Positions 27,901-41,229 of a stretch of 64,000 nt of DNA are shown here, in pieces; position 1 is the stretch's first letter, and each line of letters opens with the position of its first letter. Location: the NCBI RefSeq assembly GCF_037042905.1, contig NC_087245.1, positions 27,282,001 to 27,346,000 of the forward strand, written 5' to 3'. The position numbers were made by a program, and so were the translations under genes. The DNA is from Lytechinus pictus. Its lineage: Eukaryota. Below the pieces are notes generated by a model. It ran no database searches and was not told the origin of the DNA. It worked only from the letters and a program-made list of their open reading frames with translations.

Positions 27901-30900
27901 CAGGAGGATATCCAAAGCAACTGTTAGCTTACCTCTTGTCTAGTCTTATTCCAGCCGAGTTGTTTGGCCATGATCTCTACGATCCTTGGTAGGGCTTCTT
28001 CAGCTGCTTGAACATTGAGAAAGGCAAGACGGGTTCTCCTAGCCAACACATCCACTGCTGTACAGGCATATTCCTTCACTGCATATACCACCTGCAGTAG
28101 ATATGTTTGGTTTAATAGTGATACTGTGTCATTTAATACGGCATTACTATAATCCTAAACATATATATGTACTTCTACCTGTATCGGGATAACTAAATTC
28201 TATTGAAATAATAACAATTAAAAGCATTCCTAAGGAGACCCCCAAATAGTTTCTGTCTTTAACTTGTCCTTATCTGGATTGATAAAACTATTATTTATAA
28301 CACCATGCAAAACACTTGGTGTAATAGCTCAGTCACTAGAGCGGTGGATTCGCAAACCAGTAACCTAGGTTCAATTTCCCACTTGGTGTGCTAGTTAATT
28401 TTTGTATGGCAGTTACAAGTCCCCAGAGAGGACCTTAAGCCAACGGTCCTCTGGTTGCTTTCTTACAAGCATTCATGCTTTCTTAGCAATCAGGTAAAAC
28501 ATCACCATATAACCATTTACAAAATAGTTCCATTATTGAATGGAGGAGTGGCTTTTATGGTAAAGCCTTACCTCTGCTTCAATGTAAGGGAAATCTTCGA
28601 CCAGCCTCCTTCCTACAACGGGCCATCTCTTGCCCGTCAAGCTAGCCATTCGGGCTACCTCTACAGCCTTGTCTCCATAGGTATTAGACAAATGCTGGGC
28701 AACCTGTCAAAGAGATTATAATGCATGTGTTTCATTGAATTATTAGCCAGAGTAACTTTTGCTCACCTCGGTTTCGTTTCTTCTATAGTTTATGAATCAT
28801 CATGATATACACAGAATTCTTTGAGATATATTGACTATGTATTATTACTTTGATCATATTTTGTGAGCAGAAAAAAAAGAATAAAATTTGACTTCTAAAT
28901 CTTACTATATGGGGAAGATTAACTCATAAATGTGTAATACAACTCTATTAAATACAAATATCAACAGATTAATGATAAGAAAATTAACATTCAAATATTA
29001 AAAATTATTTTCGGAACAGTATTCTTCAGGTCTACCTTATCTGCATTGTGTACCCAACAAATCTTATCAACTAACTTTATCATTTGTTATAAATATATTA
29101 TATAACATGATTCAATTAGATATAACATGATAATAAAAATGCTTTAGCTACCACCTGTCCAAAAAGATCATATCTGTTGTTTCCCCTATTATTGGATCAT
29201 GTACAACAGAACCTGGTCACAAAGACCACTTGGTCAGAAAGACCGAATTCTCCCACATTCCTTGAATGCTTTTTGTGCACTGGTTTTATTTTAAACATAC
29301 ACAGTTCTTGCAAAGTGAACATCACAAATGATATAAATGCCTAAATGGGCACCTGTCTCACCTCATTTTCAAGACCAAAATCTTGAATGAGTCTGATGAA
29401 CATGGTGGGTGTCCAGCCGTGGGCGCCCTCTAACAGTAAACCATCGGTCAGTGAATTATGCCTTGGTTCTAGACCACATGCCTCCACTGCAGCATCAACA
29501 GCATCCACTGCCATGCTACGGTATGTCGTCCATTTACCACCTGAATAAATAGAATGGGAATATGAAGTATTGTCTTGTTGATAGCATCCACTGCTGCACT
29601 TGCACATTTTGTGCCTTTGGAGTGTGTTAAACATTTCACATTAGAGGAAGTAAACTTTGTGACAAAAACAGGATTAGGGATCTCACCAGAAAATATAAGC
29701 AAAATCTTTCTTGCAGGAACCCTCCAAGCATCTTTACATTAGTATATGCAGGCTATTACATTCATGTGGGATAGCTCCATTAATAAATGGATACAATAAA
29801 TGTAAAATACCAGTTTGTATAACATACAACACAACTAATGTAGGTTACCTACTTCTGTAAGACACGGTGGGCATTTCATAAAGTTGTTTGTAAGTTACAA
29901 GTGACTTTACAAACAACTGGTGATACTGTCTTAGGAGATAACTCCACACCAAATAAAATTTGGGTGCACATAATTTACATCAAGAAAGGATCACCAGGCG
30001 TTCATAGAGTCACATGTCACTTACAGACAGCTTTATGAAACACCCACATGCGGTTCTGGAAGCTAAGAGAACATTGCAAAACGTCTCTTTCTTACCTGCA
30101 ATTGTGATGAGTTTGTTATGAGAGACATCGATGACATGATTCCTTGAGATAGATTCGGTGTTCTTAGAGTTGGGGTCTGTCACTAAAGGTCTGATCCCAC
30201 TCCATGCTGCCATCACATCTCCTCTTCTTACTGCAGAAATCAAAGATAAATGAATGTAGTTGCAGTAAACACTGATTCAGGGTTCCTAGCTTTTCAAGAA
30301 ACAAAATTCCCTGATTTTTCCCTTATGAAGTTTAAAAATTCCCTGATAATTATTCAAACCTATTCCCAGTCTCGCATGTTTTTTAAGTTGTTGCAGTGAA
30401 TAACATGTACAGTATTTTCAGTATAAAAACAATAATGTAAAACTAATTAGTACCGCCATAACCAGTCATTCAATAGATTTTGTTTTGATATGCAGCAAAA
30501 TATAACAAAGTCTGACTGACTACCATGCTTTTGACTTTTCCCTGATATTTCCATCATTTGAGGCATTTTCCCCTGATTTGAGGTATTAAAAAAAATCAAA
30601 TTCCCTGATTTTTCTCTGACTGGAAAAAAGTAATATAATTTTCACAGAATTCCCTGATGGGCTTAAAACCCTGCTAATTTCATGACAAAGTCTGTAAATC
30701 CAAGGTTGATAATCAATATATCTTTGTAGATCTAGATCTGGTACAGTTACATAAACTGAACTTTGTGAAATCAAGAAATGTAAGCTGACAAAGAATCACA
30801 CTTCCCACACAGATAAGCACATATTGGGCAGTGTCTTGATATTGCTTGGAATGGTCCAATGGCAATATTAATCTCACCTGTGACATCTTTACTGAGGTAG

Positions 30901-33900
30901 TCTTTGATTTCTTTCAAGATGAATTGGATATCTGCTTCTGACGGTGAGGGATTATGGGTCACTTCACAAGGTCTATCTGTTGTCCCGGCAAGGGTAAATT
31001 TCTCCCAGGGAAGAAAGAAAATAACACGACCATCGCTGGTAGAGGGGTCCAACAAACCCATGGCTTCAGGACTAAACAAAGCAACAAGAACATACAACCA
31101 TCAGAGAAGATCAATGAATATTCAAACCTCAATGAGACAGATTAACCCTAATAAGACCCATGGCTTGAGGACTAGTAAAAAGAATCAAGAAAATCCAACA
31201 ACCAGAGAACAGCAATAAATGTTAAAATGACAATTAGATTAAGAGATGTTTGATAAAACAAGAACAAATTTGTGCATGTCTCTATATACATCAGACAAGA
31301 GAAATTGGACTCATGGAGGGCAAATGTTGCTTTAAAAACTTATCAATTGACTCATGATGGGGGAAAAAATGTTGCTAAAGGGAAATTTTCAATGAGTTCA
31401 TGGAGGGTAATTGTTGCTAAAAGGAACTTGTCAATGGATCTTTTGAGTTCGTCTAACTCATTTGATTGATAACAGCAACAATATCAGCAAAATAAAAATA
31501 TTGAAATGCAATGATGCATTCTACAAGCAACTGTCATATTCAGCATTTTTTTTTTTTTTTTTGGGGGGGGGGGGGTAAACTTGAGTCACATATGATAAAT
31601 AAAATAAGTCAAAAACATACTTCAAATATGAACAAGTGTAATGATCATAAAGCATAGCAATAATATTTAAAAAAATAATAATTACTGATTAAAGCACATT
31701 ATTTCCAATTAAGATTTGATTATAAATTTTGGTTTGATTTTAGTTTATATTATTGCAATACCCTACCTGTAATAATCTGGTAGTACTATATGAACTCCTG
31801 AGCTTGGCTGACAAATCTTCTTGCTTTCTGGAACTGCCATTTGTCTAATGCTGTCTGTAAATGGTCCAGTAGCATTGACCACACACTTGGCCAGGACACT
31901 GTATTCTTTACCTATAAAACAACCAGCAAGATATAAACCAATTCAATTTAAACTCATGACTTTATAATTACAATTGTAATCATTTGAATAAATCAACAAG
32001 CATAATCAACAAAAATCCAGAGTTCTTAGAAAAGCTAGAATAATGAGTGCCTTATTTATGATAAACTATAGACCTGATGCCATTATCATTGTATGATTTG
32101 TAGAGGAAATGAATTAAGGCTCACAAAAGATGTATTGCCAAGCACTGTGTAGTTATTGATCATGTAATTCTTTAAATCAGGCCAGATTTTTTTAAACAGA
32201 AAGTTCTGCCTCATTGAAAACATAGTACACTTGAAAACATAAACAATAACGCTGCATTTGAAAAGACCAACATTAACACTGTACATTGAAAAAAATCAAC
32301 AATAAACTGCACTTGAAATCACCAACATTAACACTACACTTAAAAGCACCAACATTGATACTGCACTTGAAATCGCCAACATTAACACTGCACTTGAAAA
32401 CTTCAACAAATGACACTGCACTTGAAAACATCAACATTAACACTGCACTTGAAAGCACTTCAGTGTCTACTAGAATGACACAACCGAGTCTATCCCTCAC
32501 CTGAGATTCTATCCCTTAGTCTTGCCCCTCTAACCTCCTCCTCGCCTACATCATTCTCAAACTTGATCAGATCAAGGACCTCTGTATGGTTAGCCAATGT
32601 GGCCCCCATCCTGGCTGCTGTTAGTGCTAAAGCTATATTCATTCTAGAATCATTGTGTTGACCTGAAATGATCAATAATAAACAATGATACATTACATCA
32701 TCATACTGTCAAATAAAAATATCCATACGATCAAAATTATGTATTCATACTTTTGAAGATGCATTGAGATTTTAAAAGGATTAGTCCTCCATAACTTGTT
32801 AAAGCCCATCTTCTTTAAGGACTCTTTTATGTCTCTTTTACTGAAATCCTAATCCTAATGTAATGACATTAGTTGTGTACATGTATGTAACTAATGTCTG
32901 TTATATTGACAATCTGCTTATCCTGTTACTAATGTTTTTAAAAATACCATGTACAAATGTTTGTGAACGAAAGAAAATGTATTATAAACTATGAATATGA
33001 ACTCAGACCTTACTAATGGCCAGGTGCCTTTAAAATGAAACAGGTTGAAGATAATGTAAAATTAAAAAATAAATAAATGCACCTATCAGACTCAGGGTAG
33101 GAATAACTAAAGAGTATTTCGAATTCTGATACCACAAGTTCTTTCTAATATAACTTGTCACCACTATACATCAAACCATGCAGTAATATAAATGGTTTCC
33201 TCTACAAAAATGACAGAAAAACATCTTCAGATGGGATTAATACCTTATTAAAACGTAAATATACCTATATATAAAATCTATGCTTCAAAGATGTGAATGT
33301 TATATTTTCACGGCTATGCCTTCGTAGGCAATCTTGTATTTCAGAAAGATTTTAAAAAGTAATACTATCATCCTTTATGCTTCAAATCGCAAGAAGAAAT
33401 GCTTTTACAATATCTCTGAAAAAAAGGAAGAAAATTAAAAAGTATAAAATTATTCTAAAATTGACTCTCACCATCATAATAGACAATAGCACCGACTAAT
33501 TTGTTTCGTTTCAGCATGGGAAACCTCTCTAATGCTCTTTCCTTGGAGAGGAAGTAGCTAGCCCTCAAGTTTTGTCTTCCAGCTACCAGATCATATGCTT
33601 TGATACCAGCCCAGTAGTACGGCAGCTGCCATAGTCTGTGTGAAAGTAACAGTCACGCAAAATAAACAGCATACTAAAAAATTACACATGCCTGAATGAA
33701 AATAATTCAAAAATTGCTAGTAGTTCTTATGATTCTTCTTACAAGATATATACAAGCACAATTTAAATTGAACTTACATTCTAGTCATTTACTGATATTT
33801 CATACAGTTGATAACATCAAACAAATGTAAATTCATGAGATAGTACATGTATGTACATTATTTCAGAAAATTTCATAGTCGTTGAATGATTTAAGAAAAA

Positions 33901-36900
33901 CTTCAACGAACATCTAAAGCCAACAAGGCCATGGATGCCCGATTGATAAGCCTCAAAGCCCCTTCATTGGGCTTAGATATTTGTGGGGCACTTTTTATTG
34001 ACTTTTTTGTTATTTAGCTAAAATATAGAAATGTGCCCTATAGGAAAGTAGCCTTGCATAAAAAATTGAAATTATAGGCCTAGAGGGATAGTTTGTATTG
34101 CAAAATCACTGAATCCTATTAAAAATAAAATGAAGTATTTTTTAACCAAAGATAGGCAAAGAGATCGTCTACACTACTTCATGCCATTGCCTTGTTTTTG
34201 GAAATACATAACTCAACTGTTTTTTTTTTTTTTACAAAATGACACTTACTTGTAAACAGGCAGCATAATTGGGAGAGGATAAGATAGATGTGGGGCAATT
34301 TCCAGTAGGTTTGCTCTCTCATGTAAGGCCTCCTTCACTAATTTGTACTGTGAAATGATCACAATAGGAATTAATCAATATTAATTAATAGGGGAAAATA
34401 ACAGGTTCCTAATATAATTCTTTAAGAAAGGGTGCTGGTTTGAAAATAAAAAAAAACTTTACAAGCCACCCCCCCCTCCAAAAAGGTTTTTGCTCCAAAA
34501 TAAAGGTTATTTTGGTCAAATTTCTACATAACCTGATTTCCAGGGGTGCTGCCTATGGTGTATAACATACACAGCACCCCCTCCCGAAAATCTTGGGGGG
34601 GGGGTGCTTCATCAGTACACCATCCCTAGCACCCATCATCCCGGGGCCATGGAAAATGAGGAATAATAATGAAGAATAAATCATTCTTATAAAGATAAAT
34701 ACTTAAAGGTTGATCTTCTACTAAGTATCCTTTTAACCGATTTGTGACTGAATTCTCTACTTACTGTAAGCTTTCTACCGGAACCACCCAGTTCCATGAC
34801 TAGCTATAAAGCACTGTGTTTGTCCGTTTTACATGATGCTCTTCATTGGTGTATATATTTTATTGATTTTCTTTACGTTGCATTATTTTTTAAAGATGTT
34901 ATATACACTTACACACTGTAAAATGGAATTAAAATTTGAATTTCATTAAAAAAAGTTATAGGAAATTGCATACCAATTACCTATTGAAAAACTGCACAGA
35001 TATTGAAGTTAGTAGTGCCTTTTCAAGAAGGTAACCAGTAGACTTACCTGGTCATAATCTAGACCAAGGATAGCTTTCTGAAGATAGCGTACACCTCCAT
35101 GGATCAGCTTGGTGCTTCGACTGCTTGTACCACTAGAAAAATCATACTTCTCTACCAGTGCCGTCTTCAGACCTGCATTGGATAAATTTAAATCAGAAAA
35201 AGTATTAACCTGTAGCCTACTAAATTCTGTAATTACCATAGGCTGTGTACAGGTGCAGCATGGTTACAGTAGGCAATGGGTTAAGAACTATGAACAGAGG
35301 TAAATTTAATTTCGGTGTTGGTGTTAATTCCCAATGTTGATGTTGGTGTCTAGAAAGACTTGGGCTGCTAATCTGAGCTCCTACTGACAGTGGGGGGGGG
35401 GGGGGGGAGAGGGGGGTGACAAATGATCATGACATACAAATTAATTTTCCAAGAGATGAGATGATATATATGCTTAAATTACTTCATTTTTCTGATACTT
35501 TTTATTCATTCATTTCATTTTGACAGGGAACGAAATCTGAAAAAAATAATCCAATAATAACCCCTTGTACAAAAGTCCATGAGGAAACATCAGTCAGACA
35601 TCGTTTGTCTAAAATCATTTTCAAAATGAGTAAAACTAATTAAAATACATGTACTAAGAATTGTATTTCAACTCACTTATCTGGAAAAATAAGAATTAAT
35701 GCATGATCATTGAATGCTATGCTTTAATAATCACAGTAAGGTCTGCCAAAATACTCATAATCATAATATTCTGGGCATGACTACCAGTAATCAAAATTTT
35801 TAACTTAGTAGATGCAAAACAAAAGCTATAGATACTTTTCTCTTCATATGAAATGCTATAATACACAGTTCATTAGATTTAGGATAGCCAGCTTGGGATT
35901 TCTTTATTTCAAGTAATTCCAGAATACACTGTATGAACAATACTAACCTCTGCTAACTGCGTCAAGTGCAACCCCACAACCGGTCGCTCCACCCCCTATC
36001 ACCAAAACATCATACTCATGAGTGTGTTGAAGGGATTGGATTTGCTGATCTCTGGTTGGTAGAGAGGAGATATAATGCACATTTCGGAGCTCAGCTGCCA
36101 CAACCTGAGCTTGTCGACTCTGGAAATCACCACAAAACATTTTTTTTTTAATCAAGGGATATCGAAAACTATTTCACATTAAACATAGTTTGAAGTTCTA
36201 AAGTGATTTAAAATACTAAGTAAAATGTAAATTGATTTATTGTCCATATCATTACTAACACATGGGTGGATACATCATAATGGCTTATTATTATGATTAA
36301 TCGTTCAAGGAAGAATTAGAGTTTACAAGGATTTGCCTAGCAAATTAATCAAGCCAGCTTGAAAATTCATGAGGTTCCATTCTCAATTTTTTTTTAATTT
36401 CCAAGGGTACCCTTAAAAATGAATTGGTTGGAAAGGTGACCTGTATTTTTCAAACAAAACTCCCAAGGCAATTACTCAAGTACCCTTGAAAATGACTTCA
36501 GTCTTGCCCCATCATTTCATTTTTGTAAATAATGGTAACACACATCAGCCATTTCATTACCAAATGTAAAATCAATCAACAGTTCTGTGAATTCTCTGAA
36601 TTGTATTGACATACAAAGAAGCAAATCAAACAACAAATGACTTGAAAAAGTAGAAATTTCAAGATAGGACAAAACCCTGTAAAAAATACCAAATAATTAT
36701 ACAAAAAGGTGGGGGAGGAAGAATGAAGAAAAAATGAGAAATGGACACTATAGTACTCAGAATAATTAGAAGTTAAATCAATAATGACTGAAACAATAGG
36801 AATGCTCGATCTAGTTAAAATATACCTTAAAATGAATAGATTATTCTAGATTTATATGTAACCATGCCTTAATTGAGCTGACTACTAGATCGTGAAAATT

Positions 36901-37134
36901 TACTTTAAACGACAATATGACAAACATGTGCAACTGGGGAGGTGGTGCCTTTGTTTTCTTTTTTTTTTAAACAGATAATGCTGTTCATCATCATCCAGAT
37001 ATACAATACCCTTGCCTTACCTGAGCTAATTTCTTTTCATTGTTCTTCGATACAATATATCCGGCTGTAAGCGCTCCAGCTCCAAGGAGAGCACCCCCAA
37101 CAAGTGCCTTCCGCAGACGGTGTGTTAACACCAT
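24813..37134 (-). CDS. GPD2: Mitochondrial glycerol-3-phosphate dehydrogenase (FAD-dependent, EF-hand), 15 coding exons, 724 aa
   Basis: Exon lengths 114,172,125,98,164,162,145,194,135,179,132,159,186,99,111 sum to 2175 nt in one open frame, all GT-AG. Motifs: YDVLVIGGGATGCGVALDA (FAD binding), DFSSGTSSRSTKLIHGGVRYL, GQHNDSRMN, VVNATGPFTD, DGRVIFFLPW, AWSGIRPLV, GGKWTTYR, DVLARRTRLAFLN, EF-hand DCNKNGRVELTE, C-terminal RSGGGV*. Confidence 0.98.
25038..25849. mobile_element. hAT-like non-autonomous element in the last GPD2 intron
   Basis: Perfect 8-bp TSD aaggttat; TIRs tagtgctgt / acagcacta; subterminal gtcgacat repeats at both ends. Confidence 0.88.
26180..26278 (-). CDS. GPD2: GPD2 coding exon 14 (EF-hand SVGDDLTEDQLRSMMNEVDCNKNGRVELTEFLQ)
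   Basis: gacag / gtacgt, 99 nt. Confidence 0.95.
26374..26529. mobile_element. Short Harbinger-like MITE (CAG TSD); related copies ~13968-14110, ~15531-15697, ~17272-17390, ~29866-30047
   Basis: CAG|gggagtgtttcat ... atgaaacgctccc|CAG; similar termini in the other copies. Confidence 0.6.
26910..27095 (-). CDS. GPD2: GPD2 coding exon 13 (LELANGRKF...MRQFLK)
   Basis: ctacag / gtaact, 186 nt. Confidence 0.93.
27483..27768 (+). mobile_element. tRNA-derived SINE
   Basis: B-box gttcgaatcc, core cacttt..cactctcgacccaggtg..aaatgggtacc, tail ctatataaa..(att)n. Confidence 0.7.
27933..28091 (-). CDS. GPD2: GPD2 coding exon 12 (VVYAVKEYAC...KTRQE)
   Basis: tgcag / gtaagc, 159 nt. Confidence 0.96.
28320..28500 (+). 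mobile_element. tRNA-derived SINE (degenerate)
   Basis: A-box-like tagctcagtc, B-box-like ggttcaatttccc, non-tRNA 3' body. Confidence 0.55.
28572..28703 (-). CDS. GPD2: GPD2 coding exon 11 (VAQHLSNTYG...PYIEAE)
   Basis: gacag / gtaagg, 132 nt. Confidence 0.96.
29362..29540 (-). CDS. GPD2: GPD2 coding exon 10 (GKWTTYR...GLENE)
   Basis: ttcag / gtgaga, 179 nt. Confidence 0.96.
30096..30230 (-). CDS. GPD2: GPD2 coding exon 9 (RRGDVMAAWSGIRPL...ITIA)
   Basis: tgcag / gtaaga, 135 nt. Confidence 0.96.
30878..31071 (-). CDS. GPD2: GPD2 coding exon 8 (PEAMGLLDP...SKDVT)
   Basis: tttag / gtgaga, 194 nt. Confidence 0.96.
31767..31911 (-). CDS. GPD2: GPD2 coding exon 7 (KEYSVLAKCVVNATGPFTD...LPDYY)
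   Basis: tatag / gtaggg, 145 nt. Confidence 0.96.
32228..32455 (+). repeat. ~27-bp minisatellite in a GPD2 intron
   Basis: Repeated cacttgaaatcaccaacattaacactg-like units. Confidence 0.85.
32501..32662 (-). CDS. GPD2: GPD2 coding exon 6 (GQHNDSRMN...RDRIS)
   Basis: ttcag / gtgagg, 162 nt. Confidence 0.96.
33472..33635 (-). CDS. GPD2: GPD2 coding exon 5 (LWQLPYYWAGIK...IVYYD)
   Basis: cacag / gtgaga, 164 nt. Confidence 0.96.
34250..34347 (-). CDS. GPD2: GPD2 coding exon 4 (YKLVKEALHER...LPVY)
   Basis: cacag / gtaagt, 98 nt. Confidence 0.96.
35048..35172 (-). CDS. GPD2: GPD2 coding exon 3 (GLKTALVE...GLDYDQ)
   Basis: tgcag / gtaagt, 125 nt. Confidence 0.97.
35948..36119 (-). CDS. GPD2: GPD2 coding exon 2 (SRQAQ...GGGATGCGVALDAVSR)
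   Basis: tccag / gttagt, 172 nt. Confidence 0.96.
37021..37134 (-). CDS. GPD2: GPD2 coding exon 1 (MVLTHRLRKALVGGALLGAGALTAGYIVSKNNEKKLAQ; mitochondrial targeting-like)
   Basis: aaaagATGG start, cag/gtaagg donor, upstream ttgcag acceptor at 37153; phase 0 matches the next exon. Confidence 0.88.
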
Positions 37135-37902
37135 CTTTTCAGGCCAAAATCACTGCAATATTTAAACAAAAGCAAAAAAAAAAGGAGCTAATGATCTTGA
37201 TAACATAGAATTCAGTATGTTTGTCATTATGTGGTAAGTAAAGTATTGCAGACTTGACACTTTAAGTTGACAGACATGATCATTACAACTTCAGTGCAAA
37301 TCCAACATATGACCTCAAGGGCCTTGAGTTTTTTTTTCTCCAAGATTCACAATAAAGAAATCAAGACCTATAGATCGCGTATTAAGATTGATCCAAGTTT
37401 GTTTCTTCTGTTAATACTACATAGTATTGCAACAATGAGGAGTGAAAACACTCAAGTTGTGCCTTGACTGAAAGCTCAACTACATATGTAACATGCCTTT
37501 TTGCCCTCAAATCATTTCAATAAGAACACTGTAAAGTGGAAAATCCTACTTGTCAAAGCAATATTTGTTCTGATTAACTTACATTTTCCCCACATTTTTA
37601 AAGAGAGTGAGCGGTATGGAGACTATAAAAGGAGTTTAAACTTCCAACCGAGGGACTTTGGATTTTATTGAGCAACAGCATTGCTACGGTACATTAAAAA
37701 GGCTATAGGATGGGAGGTCCGATGTCCAGACACTTGTAAGCAGATAAAAACAACATTTTCTCAAAATTTGTGCATTAAGTAGCAAAAATAATGGTTAATA
37801 TTTGTGCTTTTTAATACAGTCTGATATAAACTTATAAAAACTTGATCAACAAGCAAAAAATAGAAGAAAAAAAGTATTAGCAGATAAGGGGGATAATCAA
37901 TA

Positions 37903-39321
37903 TTAAAGGGATGCTCCGTGCTGAAAATATTTATATCTAAATAAATATAGTAAAATTCACAGAGCAAATTGCTGAAAATTTCATCAAAATCGGTTAACAA
38001 ATAACGAAGTTAATGAATTCTAAAGTTTAGCAATAGGGGAGAGTGGGGTAAATAAGGCCATGGAGTACATACATGTATGGCCACCTGTTAGTTTTTAGCT
38101 CACTGTTAAAACTTTAAAATGCAGTGTAGACATCTCAACACTTGATTATATAATAATGTATACAGTATGTGTCCACAAATAATATAACTTTGACAGTACA
38201 TGTAGGAAACACAATCCAAGAATCTTTTTTATCCCACAATATTGGATAGGATTTATAAATCAATCCTAAAATGGGGGTGTTTTGGTAAATAACGAAATGT
38301 TAATATGATTGTTACAGTACTAGTAAATGTTCAGTGATTGTATCCAACCAACTGAATTATTCTGAATTCGAATACAGCAACATAAAATAGGTTTCAATCA
38401 GGCAGCCTCATTTGCCCCATATCAGTGGTGCAAATAAGGCCACCTGACAAAAAATATTCATGACTCACTAATATGCAAATTAGGCTCATTAGTTCTAACA
38501 CTTCTAATGGATAATGTCGGTCTACTCTAGATCTAGTAATAGACATCTAATCATGTTTATACTGCTTTACATTAAGATATAATTGGAATTATGAATAAAA
38601 GGTAGCCTCATTCACCCCACTGTCCCCTATATTGCAAAAACAGATACATGCAAGTCATCATGGATATTCTTTAGATGGGCTGATGTCACATCCCCACTCT
38701 CCTTTTTATTATATATGTTATTACATGAAATTACTTTTTTTTCTTCATTTTTTCATACATATGTGAATAATATGTCTCCCTGGTAATGAAATTAGTTGCA
38801 GCAATGAATTATCTAATGCACTTAATCAATTGTAATTCCAATATGTTTGGTTCTTGAGGGAAAAAAATGAATAAACCTAATTTCATATAATAAAATACAA
38901 AAGAACAAGTGGAGATACAACATCATCTGTTTGCTCATTTAATATTTGATTTGATTTATTTTTTGTTCTGCATTCATAATTTCATTACGTAAAAAACATA
39001 ATAGATCGGTAATTGATTTTGGGATGAATCATAAAGAAAAAATACATAATAAAAAAGTCATACTAAGCAAATATGATCTATTACCAACAAAGAAAATTTA
39101 ACATTTACAGTTTGCAGGAGGATTGTCATTATAAGCAGATTGCTTGATATCATGAAGACATGCCTAGAACTGTTTCACCATAAATATGAAAATCTTTAAA
39201 ATGCCATAACTTCTTTATTCATTGTCCAATTTTGATCAAATTTTCAGTGTATTGTTCGTCTGATTTTTCTTAATGTGTTAAAAAAAAATCAAATTATTTT
39301 CAGTCTAGAGTACCCCTTTAA
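37903..39321. mobile_element. Kolobok-like element carrying a nested insertion
   Basis: ttaaagggatgctcc ... gagtacccctttaa; body matches 17394-17977. Confidence 0.75.
38036..38627. mobile_element. TA-target (Tc1/mariner- or pogo-like) MITE nested in the Kolobok-like element
   Basis: TA|ggggagagtggggtaaataaggc ... gcctcattcaccccactgtcccc|TA. Confidence 0.7.
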
Positions 39322-39690
39322 ATCTCTGACTTGAGACATTGCAGGAGAGTTCTCTTTTTCACTTGCTGAGCTTCCTTATTCAACTTGCCATCAACCTTGA
39401 TTTTGGGCAACAGAAGGAGGACAGACAAGATAAGACAAGCTGAAAATTAAATTGCTGTCTTGTCCGGACACACAATAACTGGGTATACAAATTTTGTGTT
39501 GAAAATATTTTGAATTATATTTTGAATATATTTCAATATCCTCAGAGCGCTCTTTCTAAAGCCTTAGGAAAGAGTGCTGTGAAGTAAAGCTAGGCCAGGG
39601 CTGAGGCATGTCACCAAGCTGAATAATGTCAGAAAATGTTTCTTTCCGGATTCTGGAATCTACAGTTAGTACTAACTGAATGTACAGTCT

Positions 39691-39883
39691 TAATAATAAT
39701 AATTAGTAAGTTCTTGTATAGCGCATAACAGTTAACAATATGAATAACGTCTATGCGCTTCCAAAGGACTTGGATATTATTACCCCAGTTCAGGCAGCTC
39801 AAACAGCCTTCAAGCGCTCTGAGTATTTCAAGGAATAAATTCCTGTCAGGTACCCATTCACCTCACCTGGGTTGAGTGCAGCA
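39691..39883 (-). mobile_element. SINE (same family as 15070-15358), interrupted by a DNA element
   Basis: (aat)n tail and ggtacccattcacctcacctgggttgag core on the minus strand. Confidence 0.65.
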
Positions 39884-41229
39884 CAGTGCTTCCACTTGCA
39901 AGGAAATTTCCTTGTTTTAGGGAATTTTAAGGATCTTTTGAGTTTTGACTCCACAAGGATTTTTAAAAGGAATTTTGACAATTCAAGGAATTACAAGGAA
40001 AAATGAAAAAAGTCAAGGAATATTTAAGGAAATCCAAGGAAATCTGAGAATTCAAGGAAATTGATTGAATTTCGAAGAAAATAAAGAAAAAAATAATGAT
40101 GAATCTTAAAAATGTTTCATTTCTCACACAATAAACGACTGGATGTCAGACTACTAAATCCACATTCATTTAAATTTTCTTATATGCTGAGACATGTATT
40201 TTATGTGCGCACAGTGGCTATAGCTCTGGACTAAGCCATTGTGAGTTGTGTGCATTGAATTGCTGCCTGTATTCAATGCACACAACTCACAATAGCTTAG
40301 TCTATAGTGGCGTAACTACGGGGGGCAAAAAAATATGGAGGAAAATCATTTGGTTAATGAAATACGTATAATGGTCTTAGTGAATTACTACAAACAAGCC
40401 TTAGAATGCCCCTCTTCAGGTCTGAATTTCAAAAATGTTCAGCTCGCGCTTCGCTTGCAATACTTGAGTAGTCAGATAGGCCTAAGTATCATGTTCATGA
40501 TTACAATGACTGCAAAAGGTGTTTCATGGGTTAGGTGTAATTCTAACAAAATCAGCAAGTGCTTGTATGGTGCTCGCATTAGATGACTATGGTGAGATAT
40601 ATATGCTCTTTATGAATTCCCGTAAACAGTACATGTCCCTGTTTCGTGTCAATATACAAAAAAATTCAGCTCGCGCTTTGCGCTCTCATTGTTTGTTTTG
40701 TGAGAGAGATACGTATCATGATTACAAAACTTTGCTCATATACTTTCTTAGGTCTGAATATAAAAAAAATTCCAGCTCGCGCTTCGCGCTCGCATTATTT
40801 GATAAGTCAGATACATAACCGTTTAATGACACCGTCCTTAAAATATCTCTATAGTATTAGGTTATACGTGGCAATTGAGCGCGCTTCGCGCGCCCACTAA
40901 GTGACTCAACATTTTTGCTGGTGCCCCCCCCCAATGCCATGACTCACAGCGCGCCACTGATTACCATACGGTGCATAAAGACGTCTCTGTTCTGTTTCTT
41001 TACTTTCTTCTCTGTACCTGATCATACCGTACAGCAATTATTAAAGGCTTAGTATTTGATCTGTTGATACATGTATGCAACATTCTACATGATCAGTGAA
41101 ACAACTAGGCTTGTAACTCAAAAATTTAGACAGGTTTTCTCCAGACTCTAATTCAAGGAATTTTGTCCAAATTTAAGGAAATTTTGGAGCTCAAATAATG
41201 AATTCCAGTTTTAAGTTGTGGAAGCACTG
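39884..41229. mobile_element. hAT-like element with aaggaa/ttcctt subterminal repeats, containing a further nested element (40305-40959)
   Basis: TIRs cagtgcttccac / gtggaagcactg; inner element tagtggcgtaac ... gcgccactg. Confidence 0.6.

Noticed and set aside
28320..28395. tRNA gene
   Set aside because: A/B-box-like motifs are degenerate, there is no clean cloverleaf, and the sequence continues into a SINE body.
32273..32504. Repetitive ORFs LHLKSPTLT / FKCSVNVGD
   Set aside because: Translation of an intronic 27-bp minisatellite.
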